A stretch of DNA of 64,000 nt from Octopus vulgaris (lineage: Eukaryota): NCBI GenBank assembly GCA_951406725.2, contig OX597833.1, forward strand, positions 40,672,001-40,736,000. The letters run 5' to 3'. Below are positions 22,880-36,445 of the stretch, one piece after another. The first letter of the stretch is position 1. The number at the start of each line of letters is the position of its first letter. A program made the position numbers and the translations under genes. A model generated the notes under the pieces. The model saw only the letters and a program-made list of their open reading frames with translations. It ran no database searches and was not told where the DNA came from.

Positions 22880-23265
22880 CAAACACAAACCAGCATGATC
22901 TTACAGGTGGGGTCCCGTTAGAATTTTCCTCAGCCCATCCCACTTAAATGGTCCCTCTGAATAAGGTTTAAGGATGATGAATGAAACAACCATGTTTCCA
23001 GAGGTGAATTATTCAAGCCCCAAAGAATTCTTTTCAATACATGGCTATGATGCTCCCCCACTATTTCTGCTTATGATCAGAGATGCACATATCATCAGCC
23101 ACTAAGAGACTTACTCAACTGGTTAAGGTCAAACAACTGACAAGCAAATCTGTGGTATAGAACATAATATTTGCTGTAGCCCATCTTTTATTCCAAGACA
23201 AAACATGTACATGGTACCACTTCCAATCAGTTTAAGATCAAAAGTCATGAGAGTAACTACCTGCT
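22880..23265 (-). repeat. Interspersed repeat, same family as 56155-56715 and 12080-12250
   Basis: Shared ctacagcaaatatt...accacagatttgcttgtcagttgtttgacc and tctttggggtttgaataattcacctctgga blocks. Confidence 0.8.
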
Positions 23266-23329
23266 AGTGTGTGCTAATTTAGGTAGCAGGTATTTTATCT
23301 TGAGGTTTGGTGACAAAAACTCTCCTCAG

Positions 23330-23700
23330 ATCTCAAGAATTTTTCTTAGAAGATACTTTAATGCAGGTCAACAGTGTGAGTTTCAGTTCCACCTTCCTTC
23401 AGTCTTTTAAATAGCATTTTGTGTATTATGCCAAGTGCACCAAATACTACAGAAATATTTGTTGTCTTGGTCTTCCACAGTCTCCTCAGCTCTCAGGCTA
23501 AATCCTAGTATTTCTCAGCTTTTCCATTTCTTTCATATTGACTCTGGTATCATAGGGAACTTCAAAATCTATGATCTTGATCTGTATGTTTATTTTGTCC
23601 TTTATAATTATGTCTGGTCTTCTTGCCTCAGTAGCAAGGTCAGTCTTTATGATGAAGTCCCACAAGATCTTGTAACTCCCATTTTCTATCACAGCCTCTG
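23330..23700 (-). mobile_element. R4/Dong-like REL endonuclease fragment
   Basis: YKILWDFIIKTDLATEARRPDIII...IIDFEVPYD. Confidence 0.8.
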
Positions 23701-24049
23701 ACCTAATTAGAAATTAGTGACTTAGAGCCAGTGTTAAACATTTGCTACTTAGCTTCAGTATTAGAAATTAGTGACTTCAAGACAAAGCTACATACAAAAA
23801 GAAGCTATGCAATAAAAATGCCACCAATCCCAATGATGACCTTGATGCATTCATGGAAGTGACTATGTGACAGCAGCAGTTGCCTTGACTATGATATCTA
23901 CCACACTCATGTCACTGCAGCGAACAAATCTATGACACTAATGGCCCTCCTGTTGGTTCCTTCAATGACACTGCAGAAGTTATAGTCAAGGATTGAAATC
24001 AGTAGAGATAGTCATCCACACAATGATGGGGTTATATGATTGCACTATT

Positions 24050-24420
24050 CTATTAGGAACTTAGCCTCTCCACATTAGGTAGGACTTGTATCCCATGTAC
24101 ACATGCACTACACATCTGATAGTGGACTAATATCTTTAAACTGCTTAACTATAGTTCTCATTGACCCACTGAAGTTGCTGATGATGTCCTGGATCTGCTT
24201 TGGTGAATTCAGCTGACCTGACAATGTCTGATCATTGTGAAGGTTTCTTTCTCATCTCCATCCAAAGCCCCAACTTTTTTCCAAATCCTAGCCATGAAGG
24301 TTCCCACCATGTTGAAGAAACAAGTTGTTGGTGCTTGAACCATGACATGCTTTTAAATTACTTATGTCTGATTGGAGTCTGTTAGGTTGATACTGTCGGT
24401 ACATTTGAAAGAGAAATTAA
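24050..24420 (-). mobile_element. Highly degenerate Tc1/mariner-superfamily transposase N-terminal remnant
   Basis: SMRTIVKQF...TIRCVVHVYMGYKSY resembles the HTH region of DD37D-type transposases. Confidence 0.45.
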
Positions 24421-24684
24421 AAAGTTGAGGTTCAGCACATGCGCATAACATTACATTAGGCTGGCTTTCATCTATGGTCCACTGAAGTTGTGTTTAGAAA
24501 TATCAGGTACACCTTATAATTTACCTCAAATTTTTAACATGTCTAATGGTTTATTGTATACTGTCCAAGACCTTCAGTCTTTATATAACTGTTTAGTCCA
24601 CCTTTTACATGCTCGTAAACCTTATGTCAATGTTTTTCTGTTGCATGTATAAATGTATCTTACAAGTAAATAAACTATTATTGC

Positions 24685-24890
24685 TGGCAGAATAGTTAGA
24701 ACACTGGACAAAATGACTATCAGTATTTCTTCAAACTCATTACATTCTGTTACAAATTCTACTGAGATCGACTCTGCCTTTCATCTTTTCAGAGTTAATG
24801 AAATAAGCACCAGTCAAACATTGGGGCTGATGTAATCAACTTGCCCACCCCCTCCAAATTTCAGGCCTTGTGCCTGTAGTAGAAAGGATC
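24685..24890 (+). mobile_element. Nin/Deu-type SINE (diverged)
   Basis: ctggcagaatagttag head, gcctttcatc core, tttcaggccttgtgcct tail. Confidence 0.75.
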
Positions 24891-25789
24891 ATCATCACCA
24901 CCACCATCATCATCATCATCATCATCATCTCCAATCTAAATTTCCGACTTTGTTCCTATGTAAGAAATCCTTATATATCATTATCCTTATCGTTATATTT
25001 GTCTTTTGGTGAGAGTGGAAATGTTTGCTCCTCACACTCAGTATTTCTGGATTCACCATCAAACACTTAAAGGAAAAAGTATCTTATAAAATATCTTTGC
25101 TGATAAAATGACTTTGGAACAGTTCAGTGTTTATTTATTTCTCCTGGGTGGAAAAATACAGTTTACCTTTGGATATATTTTTATATTTTGCAAAGTGTTC
25201 ACTATAAATTTAGGAGGAATTTTCATGCAGAAGAGGGATGAGGTACTCACTATAGAGTAGTGGCAATACTGATATCAGCATATGTTTCTCAAATGAGAAA
25301 AAGAAACCTGTGCCATCGAAGAATGTTTACGATATCTAAACAATACTGAGGTTTCCATCATTTTAGATACCCAGTATGCCCGCTAAAGAAAATTTAAAGG
25401 AAACCTTTTCTGATATGTTGGACAATATAGTTACCTTTGACCATAGAAAAATATATGTGAGTATCTGCTTGGTTTTCAAGACTGAAGGTGAAGTGACAGC
25501 TGGTATGTCAAGCATCTGCTCATAGATTCAGATCTCTATAGGGGTCAGGAAAATACAAGGGTGACAGATAAAGGTATTATCAGTGATATTGATTTCTTGT
25601 TCACTGTCATCTTTGTAGCACAATATTGGTTGTGGTGGATACAGAAGTGATTAACAATTGTATGTGATTGGGAGAACTCAGTATGGACATAGAAAAATCA
25701 CAAGGGTTTATTCGGAATGATGCCCTGTGGTTTTTTTGCATGCAAAAAAACAACAAAAAAAGTAATGGATATGATGATGATGATCATTA

Positions 25790-25960
25790 TCATCATTTAA
25801 CGTCCGTTTTCCATGCTAGCATGGGTTGGACAGTTTGGCCAGGGTCTGGGAAGCCAGGAGGCTGCGCCAGGCTCCAGTCTGATCTGGCAGTGTTTCTACA
25901 GCTGGATGCCCTTCCTAATGCTAACCACTCCATGTGTGTAGTGGGTGCTTTTTACATGCC
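25790..25960 (-). mobile_element. RTE 3'-UTR fragment (other copies about 40130-40565, 44270-44825, 53237-53795, 63105-63227)
   Basis: catcatttaacgtccgttttccatgctagcatgggttgga...ctggatgcccttcctaa, reverse complement of about 22545-22710. Confidence 0.8.
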
Positions 25961-26279
25961 AAACCTGGCTGAAATTTTATTTTTGCTACATCATGTGAGT
26001 GGATGGTGAGAAGTATGGTGGATGATAGATGGCATCTGAAGACAGTGAAGAAGTGATTAAGTCCAATTTTAAAATGCTGGATCTTTGAAGATGAAATGAT
26101 GAAAGCAAGTCAAATACCAATATGTTCTTATTTATTTACTTGTTTCAGTCAATAGACTGTAGCCATGCTGGGGCACTGTCTTGACAGAAAATAAAAAATA
26201 AAAACTGCCTTGTACAGAAAAAACCCCCAAAAAGACTATCCAGCATGAACATAAAAAGTTTGATGCAGAAATGTTAACA

Positions 26280-26416
26280 ATGATGATGATGATGACGACA
26301 ACGACGGCGATTATGATTATGATGATGATGAGGACGACAATGACGGCGATTATGATTATGATGATGATGAGGATGACAACGACGGCGATTATGATTATGA
26401 TGATGATGATGATGAT
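26280..26416. repeat. (GAT)-based compound repeat with a 39-nt unit x3
   Basis: gatgatgatgaggacgacaacgacggcgattatgattat-like unit repeated. Confidence 0.9.
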
Positions 26417-26659
26417 ATAGTAGTGGTTTAGGTCTCTTTGATCCTCAATGATTAAGCAGATATGTTAAAAAAATGGTATTGTTGATAGGGTAAAGACTGT
26501 TGTTAGATGCTTGCACATACATTTATAAATACACACACACACACACATGCGCAGATACACATAAAAATTATATATTATAAAGTAAGCATTTTTGCCACAC
26601 AAAACATATAAAGTAAAATACTCTCTCTCTCACACACACACACACACATTACTATATTT

Positions 26660-26890
26660 ATTTCCCTATTGCCTACAAGGGGCTAAACATAGAGGGGACA
26701 AACAAGGACAGACAAAGGGATTTAGTCGATTACATTGACCCCAGTGTGTAACTGGTAATTAATTTTTCAACCCCGAAAGGATGAAAGGCAAAGTCGACCT
26801 CGGCGGAATTTGAACTCAGAACGTAACGATAGACAAAATACCACTAAGCAGTTTGCCCGGCATGCTAACAATTCTGCCAGTTCGCCGCCT
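26660..26890 (-). mobile_element. Full-length Nin/Deu-type SINE
   Basis: Same family as 13748-13980. Confidence 0.9.
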
Positions 26891-27773
26891 TCACACACAC
26901 ATTACTATATTGTTCATTGACAAGAAGAATAAATTACACAAATAAAAAAACATGCACACACATACTTGTTAATTACTGTATTTGAATGTAAAAACTCTTG
27001 TTGCACATTCACATGTACACACACACACACACACACACTCTGCTACACTGAAAAGATAAAATGTCTTTGTTATACATAGATACATACACACACACACATG
27101 CACAAAGACACATACATACATACACACTAACACACACACTAACATACACACACACACACACACACACAAACACACACACTGCTACACTGTAAAGATAAAA
27201 TGTCTTTGTTATACATAGATGCATACACACACACACATGCACAAAGACACATACATACATACACACATACACATATGGACATACACGCTCTACTATATTG
27301 TAACACATATTGTAGTGACACATACACACACTAACATGCACACACACACACACACACACACACACAATACTATATTAAAAAGCAAAGTACAAATTCTTGT
27401 TATACATTAACACATTCACACACCTATAACAACGGAGACAAGTTATAAAAGTCTTATAAAACACACAAATAGTCATACACAGTACAGACTAAGTTGAAAA
27501 GCCCAAAACTGCTGAATAACAAGTAATATTTTATGATAAAGTTTTTAAAATGTCTTGTCACATATAAAGCTCAAACACATTACACTGTAGTCTGAGGACC
27601 ATCATCCACTCTGTCACTGCTACACGTGAGACTGAAACTTGTTAGAACCAGTTGGTTGCTGGTTCTGACAAGTTATTTGTTTAGCTGATTGGGTGGGACG
27701 GGTTAGTTATCTGTATGTCCTTGTATGGATTTGTCAGTGTGCATTCATGTATGTAAAAAATATATGGATCTAT

Positions 27774-27808
<35 letters not shown>

Positions 27809-28189
27809 TATGCATATATATTTAAATATATATATATGTTTAAGCACATATACAGTGCTGTCTATAAGTCTTCGGTCACTTTAAACTATTGTAAATTTCT
27901 GCTAGTTGCCAACTTATAAGTGGATGTTTCACATTGCTGTTTTTTACAGATGAAATATTGGCCCTGTTGGAGTCATTTCCATACCTAACCATTATATTTT
28001 GCAGTAGGGGTTCTGAATGAGAGGGGAGGATGTGAGACAACCACCAAAAATGACCAAGCAAAAGTTTTCAGTCACCTCACATGAACCAATCAAGATACAG
28101 TGTTTTAAAGCAGAAAAATCTCTATAATGAAAATTTATTACATAATATTCATTTCAAGAAGTTACTCTACATTGTTAACATTTTCTGTG

Positions 28190-28400
28190 GCTTTCCATAG
28201 CTTGAATAACTGCTTCAATGCACCTGGGAAGAGAAGCATACAGATCCTTCACAATCTTCACAGGTATGAGATGCCATTCTCTGTAGCTGGGCTCGCACAA
28301 AACTTCAAGGATTCTTCTGTCAAACTCTTCTCTTTAGTTTTATCCACATTTGCTTGACGATATTTAAGTGAGGGCTCTGAGCTGGCCAATGACTTTTGCA
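28190..28400 (-). mobile_element. Tc1 transposase C-terminal remnant
   Basis: WPAQSPHLNIVKQMWIKLKRRV...EWHLIP...LYASLPRCIEAVIQA. Confidence 0.75.
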
Positions 28401-28439
28401 CAGTATATATGCATATACATATATCTAAATATATATGCA

Positions 28440-28617
28440 TAGATCGTTAGCCACTACACACATTTTTTTTCTCTCCTTGTTTTTTTCTGTGTCCCTTTCT
28501 GTAGAAAAGCGTAGGCTCGAAATGTAAAAGACTTTTTCTATTCCTGAGCGTTATACTAATACATCTGTTTGTTTTGTACACCTACTGTCTTCATCTTTTG
28601 TTTTTTTCGTAAACTCT

Positions 28618-28620
<3 letters not shown>
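28440..28620 (+). mobile_element. TA-associated repeat with degenerate hammerhead-like motif
   Basis: Paralog of 14521-14658 and 42520-42720. Confidence 0.7.
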
Positions 28621-28659
<39 letters not shown>

Positions 28660-29369
28660 CCATAGATCCATGTATTTTTTGCCAAATAAACACTTATACC
28701 ATATATTTGTTCATCACTCGTTTATTACTGTTCTTATTCTACCTCTTGTCTATTGCCCAGAAATATTTCATGATACATCTGTGACCTCCTCAGCAACACT
28801 TTTTGTCTTCATGTGTGCTCTTGCTTTGCTTATTCCATTCTGTTCTTCTTTGATGTGTATCCTTATATGCACATGCGCTTGCATTTGTGTCTGTGTACAT
28901 GTTGGTGTGTGTATGTGTGTCATTGTTTTTTGTAACACTATGATCCTCTCCTCAGCCTCATCCCCTATCCCGTTGCCACTGTCGCTGCCCTTGAACCCAA
29001 CATTTTGTACTGTACTTGTAACTCACTGTGTTTGCATGTTCGCCCACGCTACTGCCATTGTGGTAGTTGTTGTTGTTGCCCTTGTTGTTACCGCTGTTGC
29101 TGTTGTCATTGTTAGTCATGTTGTTGATACTGTGGCAGCCGTCTATGAAGTTATTGTATATGTGTTTGTGTGCGTACATGGATTCGCTTCTTATGCTGTT
29201 TGTATCCATGCCCTTTATACAGTTTTTTATGTCTCTAATTTCTTTTATATTTATGATAGGTATGTGCATATATGTCTATTGTATATGTATTATACTGTTT
29301 TCTCCCTTCAGTCTTTAGTTGTCATGTGTAGTGTTGTGGTGAGTGTTATTGTTCCATTTGTGTTTTCTG

Positions 29370-29960
29370 TTGAGGCTCAGTCTGTCTATTGCTATGTGTG
29401 TAGCCTCTGTAATCTGTCTAAGTGTCCTGTCAGTTCTATGCATTGATAATACTTTGACTTCTATGCTACTGACTGAGCCTCAATAGCATAGAGGTCAAAG
29501 TATTATCAACACATAGAACTGATACGACACTTAGACAGATCACAGAGGCTACATACATAGTAATAGACAGACCTCTTCCCCTCTGTCTTCTACAAACCTG
29601 TCAACTTCTACTCTTACCCTGACTTCTCTTCCCACCAACCTAAATCAAGTACTCTATCCCCCAACTGCAGTGCCTATCTTTCCATTTGACACGGTTACCC
29701 ACCCATCCTTATCCAATCTTTCCTCCTTCATGCTTGTGCCGTTGATTGCACCTCTGCCATCACACACTGCATCCAGAATCCCACCCACAGCATTCCCTTT
29801 CCTCTCACTTCCATGTCCCTACAACACACCATCCTCTACCTACAATCTGACCATTCCATCTCCCACTTTCTCCTTCTTCCACTCATTCCTTTCTTTAAAC
29901 CTTTTCCCTTTCTTCCACTCTAGGGTGTATAATTCAGCTATCTCATATCCTGCCTCTCTC
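29370..29960 (+). mobile_element. Penelope-like element remnant: 89-bp foldback abutting an RT-thumb fragment
   Basis: Arms 29380-29468 and 29484-29572, then SVFYKPVNFYSYPDFSSHQP (resembles the PLE KPT..YL...S.HP motif). Confidence 0.6.
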
Positions 29961-30039
29961 CAACACATGACAAACTCAATGAACAGTGCTTATTCTTGGT
30001 TTAGTCTTCACATGAATCATTGAAAAACTGAAGTTCTCT

Positions 30040-30345
30040 AATTAAACTACCTGTACTCATTTTCCTCTCAGTCTGTCCATATTGATGATACTCCTCTACT
30101 GCAAGCAGACTCACTCTGTTATCTTGGAAGCACAATCTCTAACACTTAACTCTTCATGAGCATATACTCTATTAGAACAACTTGGCCTCTGCATCTTTTG
30201 GGAAACTTAGCAAACAAGTCTTTTGGACCTTAGAGCAAGTACAAAAATCTCCATTTATTGGGCTGTCTGTCTATTCACCCTCCTGTATGGGTCCGAGTGC
30301 TGGTGCCAGATCAGACAACTGGAAGAGTTACACGATTGAAATTCC
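30040..30345 (+). mobile_element. Degenerate RTE-like LINE fragment
   Basis: LCYLGSTIS...TKISIYWAVCLFTLLYGSECW. Confidence 0.65.
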
Positions 30346-30807
30346 TTCCTACAGATCACTTTTTATTTGCTGTTTTCTAAACCTGAGAAAAGTAAGTAGG
30401 GGTGCAAATTTTGATTTTACACCCCTCAAAAATTCTAGGGGGTGCACTTGTACCCCCTGCACATGCTGTTCCGGGGCCCATGGATAAAACTCATTTTTGT
30501 CAGCTGAGTGGACTGGAGAAATGTGGAAAAGTATCTTGCTCAAGAACACAATGTGCCGCTTCAAGTCGAACCCTCACGACCTTACGATCGTGAACCGAAT
30601 ACTTCTAACCGCTAAGTTATGGGTTTTCTGACAATAATGGGTTAATGTAGAGGATAAGAAGACATTATAGAAGATATAAAGGATGAGATAAAGTGATTAT
30701 TGTGTGATAATAGAAATAAAACTGAATAATTAACAAATGGGAAATTAATTAATATTTGTGAGATAATTTCAGTTGATAGAACATGTTGATAATGACATTG
30801 GTAAGAA

Positions 30808-31026
30808 GGCGCTGGCAATGGCTGTGTGGTAACCCATGATCTCACATGGCAGGACAAGGTGCCTCATACCGAAATCCTTCTGAGGGCTGGAATCTGCAGC
30901 ATTGAGGCCTGGTTCCGGGTTCATTCTCACTGCATGGCACCTTGGGCAAGTGTCTTCTACTATAGCGTCGAGCCGACCAAAGCCTTGTGAGTGGATTTGG
31001 TAGACAGAAACTGAAAGAAGCCCATC

Positions 31027-31076
<50 letters not shown>

Positions 31077-31282
31077 ATATGTTTGTGTGTCTGTGTTTGT
31101 CCCTGCAACATCGCTTGACAACTGATGGTGTGTGTTTATGTCCCTGTAATTTAGCAGTTTGGCAAAAGAGACTGATAGAATAAGTACTAGGCTTACAAAA
31201 AATATGTCCTGGGGTTGATTTGCTCGACTAAAGGCGGTGCTCCAGCATGGCCACAGTCACATGACTGAAACAAGTAAAAGAG
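30808..31282 (+). mobile_element. CORE-type SINE with internal TA/TG microsatellite
   Basis: ccttgggcaagtgtcttctactatagc core; tail ggcggtgctccagcatggcc...gactgaaacaagtaaaagag. Confidence 0.85.
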
Positions 31283-31806
31283 TATTAAGCTCAACAACAT
31301 TCACTTCTTCAACATACATATTAATATATGGTATGAAGAAAATAAAAAGTTTAAAATATATATTGTTTTATTAATTTATTAATTCTAAATTAAAATTATG
31401 TATATATATATATATGTTTTTTTTTTTTGTTGTTGATTTGAAATACTAAAGTTACCATTTGGTTTTGTACAAAATAATATTTCTCTGAATTAGACATAAA
31501 ACATAATAATATGGGTAACCATATAATAATAATAATAATAATAATAATTATAATAAAAATAATGAATTTATGATAATTTCTACAATTGGAATAAGGTCAC
31601 AAATGTTTGGAGGAAAGAGCAGTGTATTAAATCTACCCAGGTACTTAACTGGGACTTATTGTGTTGGTCCCACCACGAGGAATGAAAGGTCAAGTTAATT
31701 TTGGTGGGGTTTGAACTCAAGACAAAGAAAATAAATAAACCAACAACATAACTAAATACTGCAAGATACTTAGTCTGGCATTCTACCATTTTTGCTACTT
31801 CACTGC

Positions 31807-31857
<51 letters not shown>

Positions 31858-32084
31858 TTCTATTATTTCTAATTCTGGCACAAGACCAAAAATTTGGAGG
31901 TGATGGCAAAGTTGGCTACATCAACTTCAGCACTCACTGGTACTTATTTTATCAAGCCTAAAAGGATGAAAGAAAACGTTAACCATGATGGAATTTGAAC
32001 TCAGAACGTGAAGAGTTGGTAGAAATGCCACTAAGCATTTTGTTCGATGCAGTAACAATTCTGCTAGACTGTTGCCTCAATAAC

Positions 32085-32124
<40 letters not shown>

Positions 32125-32639
32125 GATAAAGAAAAGGTTAAGGTATTTGAATCAAACACCAAAAAATTTGACATTAATAAAAAAAAAAAGAAAGAAATAC
32201 TAGTGAATACTGAACATCAATGGAAATTGAAGCATACAGATAGGATGGGGATGTAGAAAGGAAGAGATCAGAAAAGACCGAGACACATAAGAGCACTGCA
32301 AACTTGGTCCTTCATAGGTAGTAAGGAACTCACCAACACTTTAAGAATAGCAAGTGACTAGAAAATCTCTCTTTGGATTGATAAGGTTCCCAATTTCTGG
32401 CAGTACCAATTGGTAAATAGTAGAAGCATTTACTGAACTGATATGCAAATAAGAATGAATACCTGATTGGTAGCTAGTGAGAAAAACAACACTGGTTCCC
32501 CAAAGCAAAAATATCAGAAATCCTCAAAATTATACATCTTCAACTTGCCTTCCAACAACTCACACGCACTTGTATCTTATATTCATCTTATAGAATAGGT
32601 TGGTTCTTCACTTGGAGAACAATAAAAAAATATTGGAAG

Positions 32640-33450
32640 GGGAATAGAAAGGATCCTGGAAAGAAATGCATGGCTATAAAGAGAACTGAGATATGGAAGA
32701 CTGCAAAAAGAGGCAAACAAACCCTAGTATAACTTTGATTGATTTGAAAATATTTTGAGAGTATATTACATTCTTGAGTTCTGAAGACATACTACATAAA
32801 TAGACAACATCAGCTATGCCATGTCAAATTAGAAAACAATAATAAATATCACTACAAGGTAGAGAGAAGATATTTAAAACCAGCCCTTTATTCATAAGGG
32901 AGACTTAATTATCTCCTCGACTCTTTCACTTAGCTTTGATTTCATTAACAAAATTGTTGAAAAAAAAAAGCCCCCCAAAAAACAACAACCAATATTATAT
33001 GGGCTATGAATAAATTACAGTTAGAAAACTATCAAAAATTGTTCATAACTTCAGCCAGGTCATAAAATTCAGTATGGGATTAAACAAAAGTGTCAAAGCT
33101 AGTATAAGAAAAGGCAATTAAACTAAAACAAAGAACATAAAATTAGATACCGACACCAAAATTAGAGTATTAGGCCAGAATCACTCATACAAATAATTAG
33201 GAGAAGATGGAATTAGTAAAATGCAAAACACAGAAATGAAAAAGAATATTATAAAACAAAAGTTTAACTGATATTAAAAACTGAGACAAAGGAAAAAAAC
33301 CTAATCCCAGACCAACAGAAAAGATTAAAAAAACAATAAAAATGGAATCCTGAAATATACAGTAGAAAAAAAAATAGAGAGAAACCATTCCATGGCCAAT
33401 ACCCTGCATGGCTCAACAGAGAAAGTAAGCCAGGACAAAAGCCAAAACCT
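32640..33450 (+). mobile_element. Very degenerate R4/Dong-like RT remnant
   Basis: CKKRQTNPSITLIDLK, LSPRLFHLALISL, MGLNK.., YK.LG; many indels. Confidence 0.45.
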
Positions 33451-34858
33451 GTACAAAAACTCTGGGTTAAAAGTAGGAAAACATGACCATCACCTAACAA
33501 TATAACTTATAACACTGATTACAGAGCATATTTCTTTACTACCCGCAAGGGGCTAAACACAGAGGGGACAGACAAGGACAGACAAATAGATTAAGTCGAT
33601 TACTTCGGCCCCAGTGCATAACTGGTACTTATTTAATCGACCCCGAAAGGATGAAAGGCAAAGTCAACCTTGGCGGAATTTGAACTCAGAACGTAATGGC
33701 AGACGAAATACGGCTACGCATTTCGCCCGGTGTGCTAACGTTTCTGCCAGCTTGCCGCCTTTACAGAGCATACAGTAATACCTCACTTTATGGGATCTCG
33801 AACTTACGAGTTTTTGCTTTATGAGTGTTTTCCGGGAATGAATTAAACATACACATCATCCAACAGGAAAACAGTTCACATTAAAATACATGCCAGGCAT
33901 GGCCATGTGGTTAAGAAGCTTACTTCCGAACCAATTGATCTTGGGTTCAATCTTACTGTGTCGCACCTTAAACAGACATCTTCTGTAGCTCCAGGCCAAA
34001 CAAAACCTTGTGGTTGGATATATATATATATATATATAGATGCAGGTGTGGCTGTATAGGAAGAGACTTGCTTCCCAATCACATGGTTCTGGGTTCAGTC
34101 CTACTGTGTGGCATCTTGAGTAAGTATCCTCTACTATAGCTTCAGGCTGACCAAAGCCATGTGAGTGGATTTGGTAGATAGAAACTGAAAGAAGCCCATT
34201 GTGTGTGTGTGTGTGTGTGTGTTTTGTATCTATGTTTGTCCCCCACGACCAATTGACAACCAATGTTGGTGTGTTTACATCCAGCTGTAGAAAGTTCACC
34301 TCAACAAATTCTGCCTGATCCATGCAAATATGGAAAAGTGGGCACTAAAACAACAATGAAGATGCTGCTGCTGCTGCTGATGATGATGACGATTACACAT
34401 ACTCTATACAACATAGGGAACATTAAAATAATTCCCAAAACAACAAAATAAATGCCATGACAAAGCGAAACTGATCAAAATATAAACACAATTCTACATT
34501 CCTAAAATACCAAACAGCACACACTTCTGGAATGCCAAGACACATAAGGGATGCAGTGAAGGCTGGTGGGAAACAGTTGAAAACATGATGACAATAACTT
34601 CTCCTAACATTGGTACAAGGCCAGAAATTTTGGGGAGGGATTAGTCAATTGCATCAACTCCAGTACTTGACTAGCACTTTATTTTATCATTCTCAGGACA
34701 AAAGGCAAAGTTCACCACTTTGAGATTTGAACTCAAATATGTTATGAGTGAGAGTAAATACTGCAAGGTATTTTTCCTGATGCTTTAACAATTTTGCCAA
34801 TATTTAAAACAATGAAATTTTATAATCTCGTTTTATTTTAAAAAACAAACAAAAAACA

Positions 34859-34906
<48 letters not shown>

Positions 34907-35440
34907 TCTTTCATTATAAGTACAAGGCCCAACATTTTGGAAGAGATGAGGCGGGGGGGGGGGGTCGATTACATTGACCCCAGTATTCAACTGGTACTTA
35001 TTTTGTCGACCCAGAAAGGGTAAATGGCAAAGTGGACCTCGGCAGGATTTGAACTTTTATATTCTGAATTTAAACACTGCTGAGGTCAACTTTGCCTCTC
35101 ATCCTTCCAGCGTTGACACTGATGGGGGGGGGGGGGGCGTCGATGTAATCAAACTAGTACCCTCTCCTAAAACTGCTGACCTTGTGCCAAAATTAGAAAA
35201 GAAGAAAAACAACAATAATCATAATAATAATCCTTTCTACTATAGGTGCAAGGCTTGGATTTTCTGGGGAGGGGAACTGTTGTTCACATAGACACCAATA
35301 TTCAACTGGTACTTAATTTATCAACCCCGAAAGGATGAAAGGCAAAGTCAACCTCAGTGGAGTTTGAACTCAGAATGTAGTGGCAGACGAAATATTAAGA
35401 ATTTCACCCGGCGTGCTAATGATTCTGCCAGCTAGCCACC

Positions 35441-35481
<41 letters not shown>

Positions 35482-35961
35482 TTCTAATTTAGGCACAAAG
35501 ACAGCAAATTTAAGTGGAGAAGTTTAGATGACTGTATCGACCCCAGTATTTAACTGGTACTTTATTTTATTAACCCCATAAGGATGAAAGGCAAAGTTGG
35601 CCTCAGTGAGGTTTGAAATCAGAACTTAAAAAACTGGAACAAATAATGCAAGGCATTTTTCTCTGACACTAACAATTCTGCTAATAATAATAATAATAAC
35701 AATGAAAATTATTATACAATCTCATTTCATTTGGTTAAAAAATAAAATCGAAAATATAACAATAATAATAGCAATAACAAAAACAACAATTATAACAATA
35801 AAAACAAAATTTAACGACAACAACAATTTGTTTCTGATGCTGTTACTGCTCCTTTTTCTTCCTCCTCTTTTTCTTCATCTTCCTCTTATTTTTCCTCTTC
35901 CTCTTCTTCTTTTTGTTCTTCTTCTGCAGCAAGTGTTGGTTTATTTCATAAAAAGTTACCG

Positions 35962-36044
35962 TTAATAGTTATAAAGAAGGCTCATCGCCTCAGCTGCTTT
36001 ACCTCTCACTTGTGGAGATGGGTCTTTTAGAAGGTCAATTAATG
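35962..36044 (-). CDS. MROH1: MROH1-like, terminal coding exon: (A)LIDLLKDPSPQVRGKAAEAMSLLYNY*
   Basis: ttttccacag acceptor, phase 1 matches the previous exon; resembles the MROH1 C-terminal LLKDP.P.VR..AAEA HEAT repeat. Confidence 0.9.
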
Positions 36045-36125
36045 CTGTGGAAAATAAAAAAAAAATAAAATAAAAAATACATATATGCATATACATTTTA
36101 TATATAATATATGATACAATGTGAA

Positions 36126-36445
36126 GATGCATGGCTTAGTGGTTAGGCACATTTGGCTCACGATCGTAAGGTCATGAGTTCAATTCCCAGCAGCGCGCTG
36201 TGTCCTTGGGCAAAACACTTTATTCCACATTGCTCCAGTCCTCTCAGCTGGCAAAAATGAGTAGTACCTGTAATTCAAAGGGTCAGCCTTGTCACATTCT
36301 GTGTCATGCTGAATCTCCCTGAGAACTACATTAAGGGTATACATGTCTGTGGAGTGCTCATCCACTTGCATGTTAATCTCATGAGCAACCTGTTCTGTTG
36401 ATCAGATCAACTGGAACCCTCATCATCATAACCAATAGAGTGCCA
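36126..36445 (+). mobile_element. Full-length OR-like CORE SINE
   Basis: A box tggcttagtgg, B box gagttcaattccc, gtgtccttgggcaa core. Confidence 0.85.

Noticed and set aside
25150-25460. Possible minus-strand exon between ctttag and gtgagt
   Set aside because: All three frames contain stops
28670-29446. 258-aa plus-strand ORF, the longest in the track
   Set aside because: Val/Cys/Phe-rich translation of TG/GTT low-complexity repeat DNA; no domain or splice support
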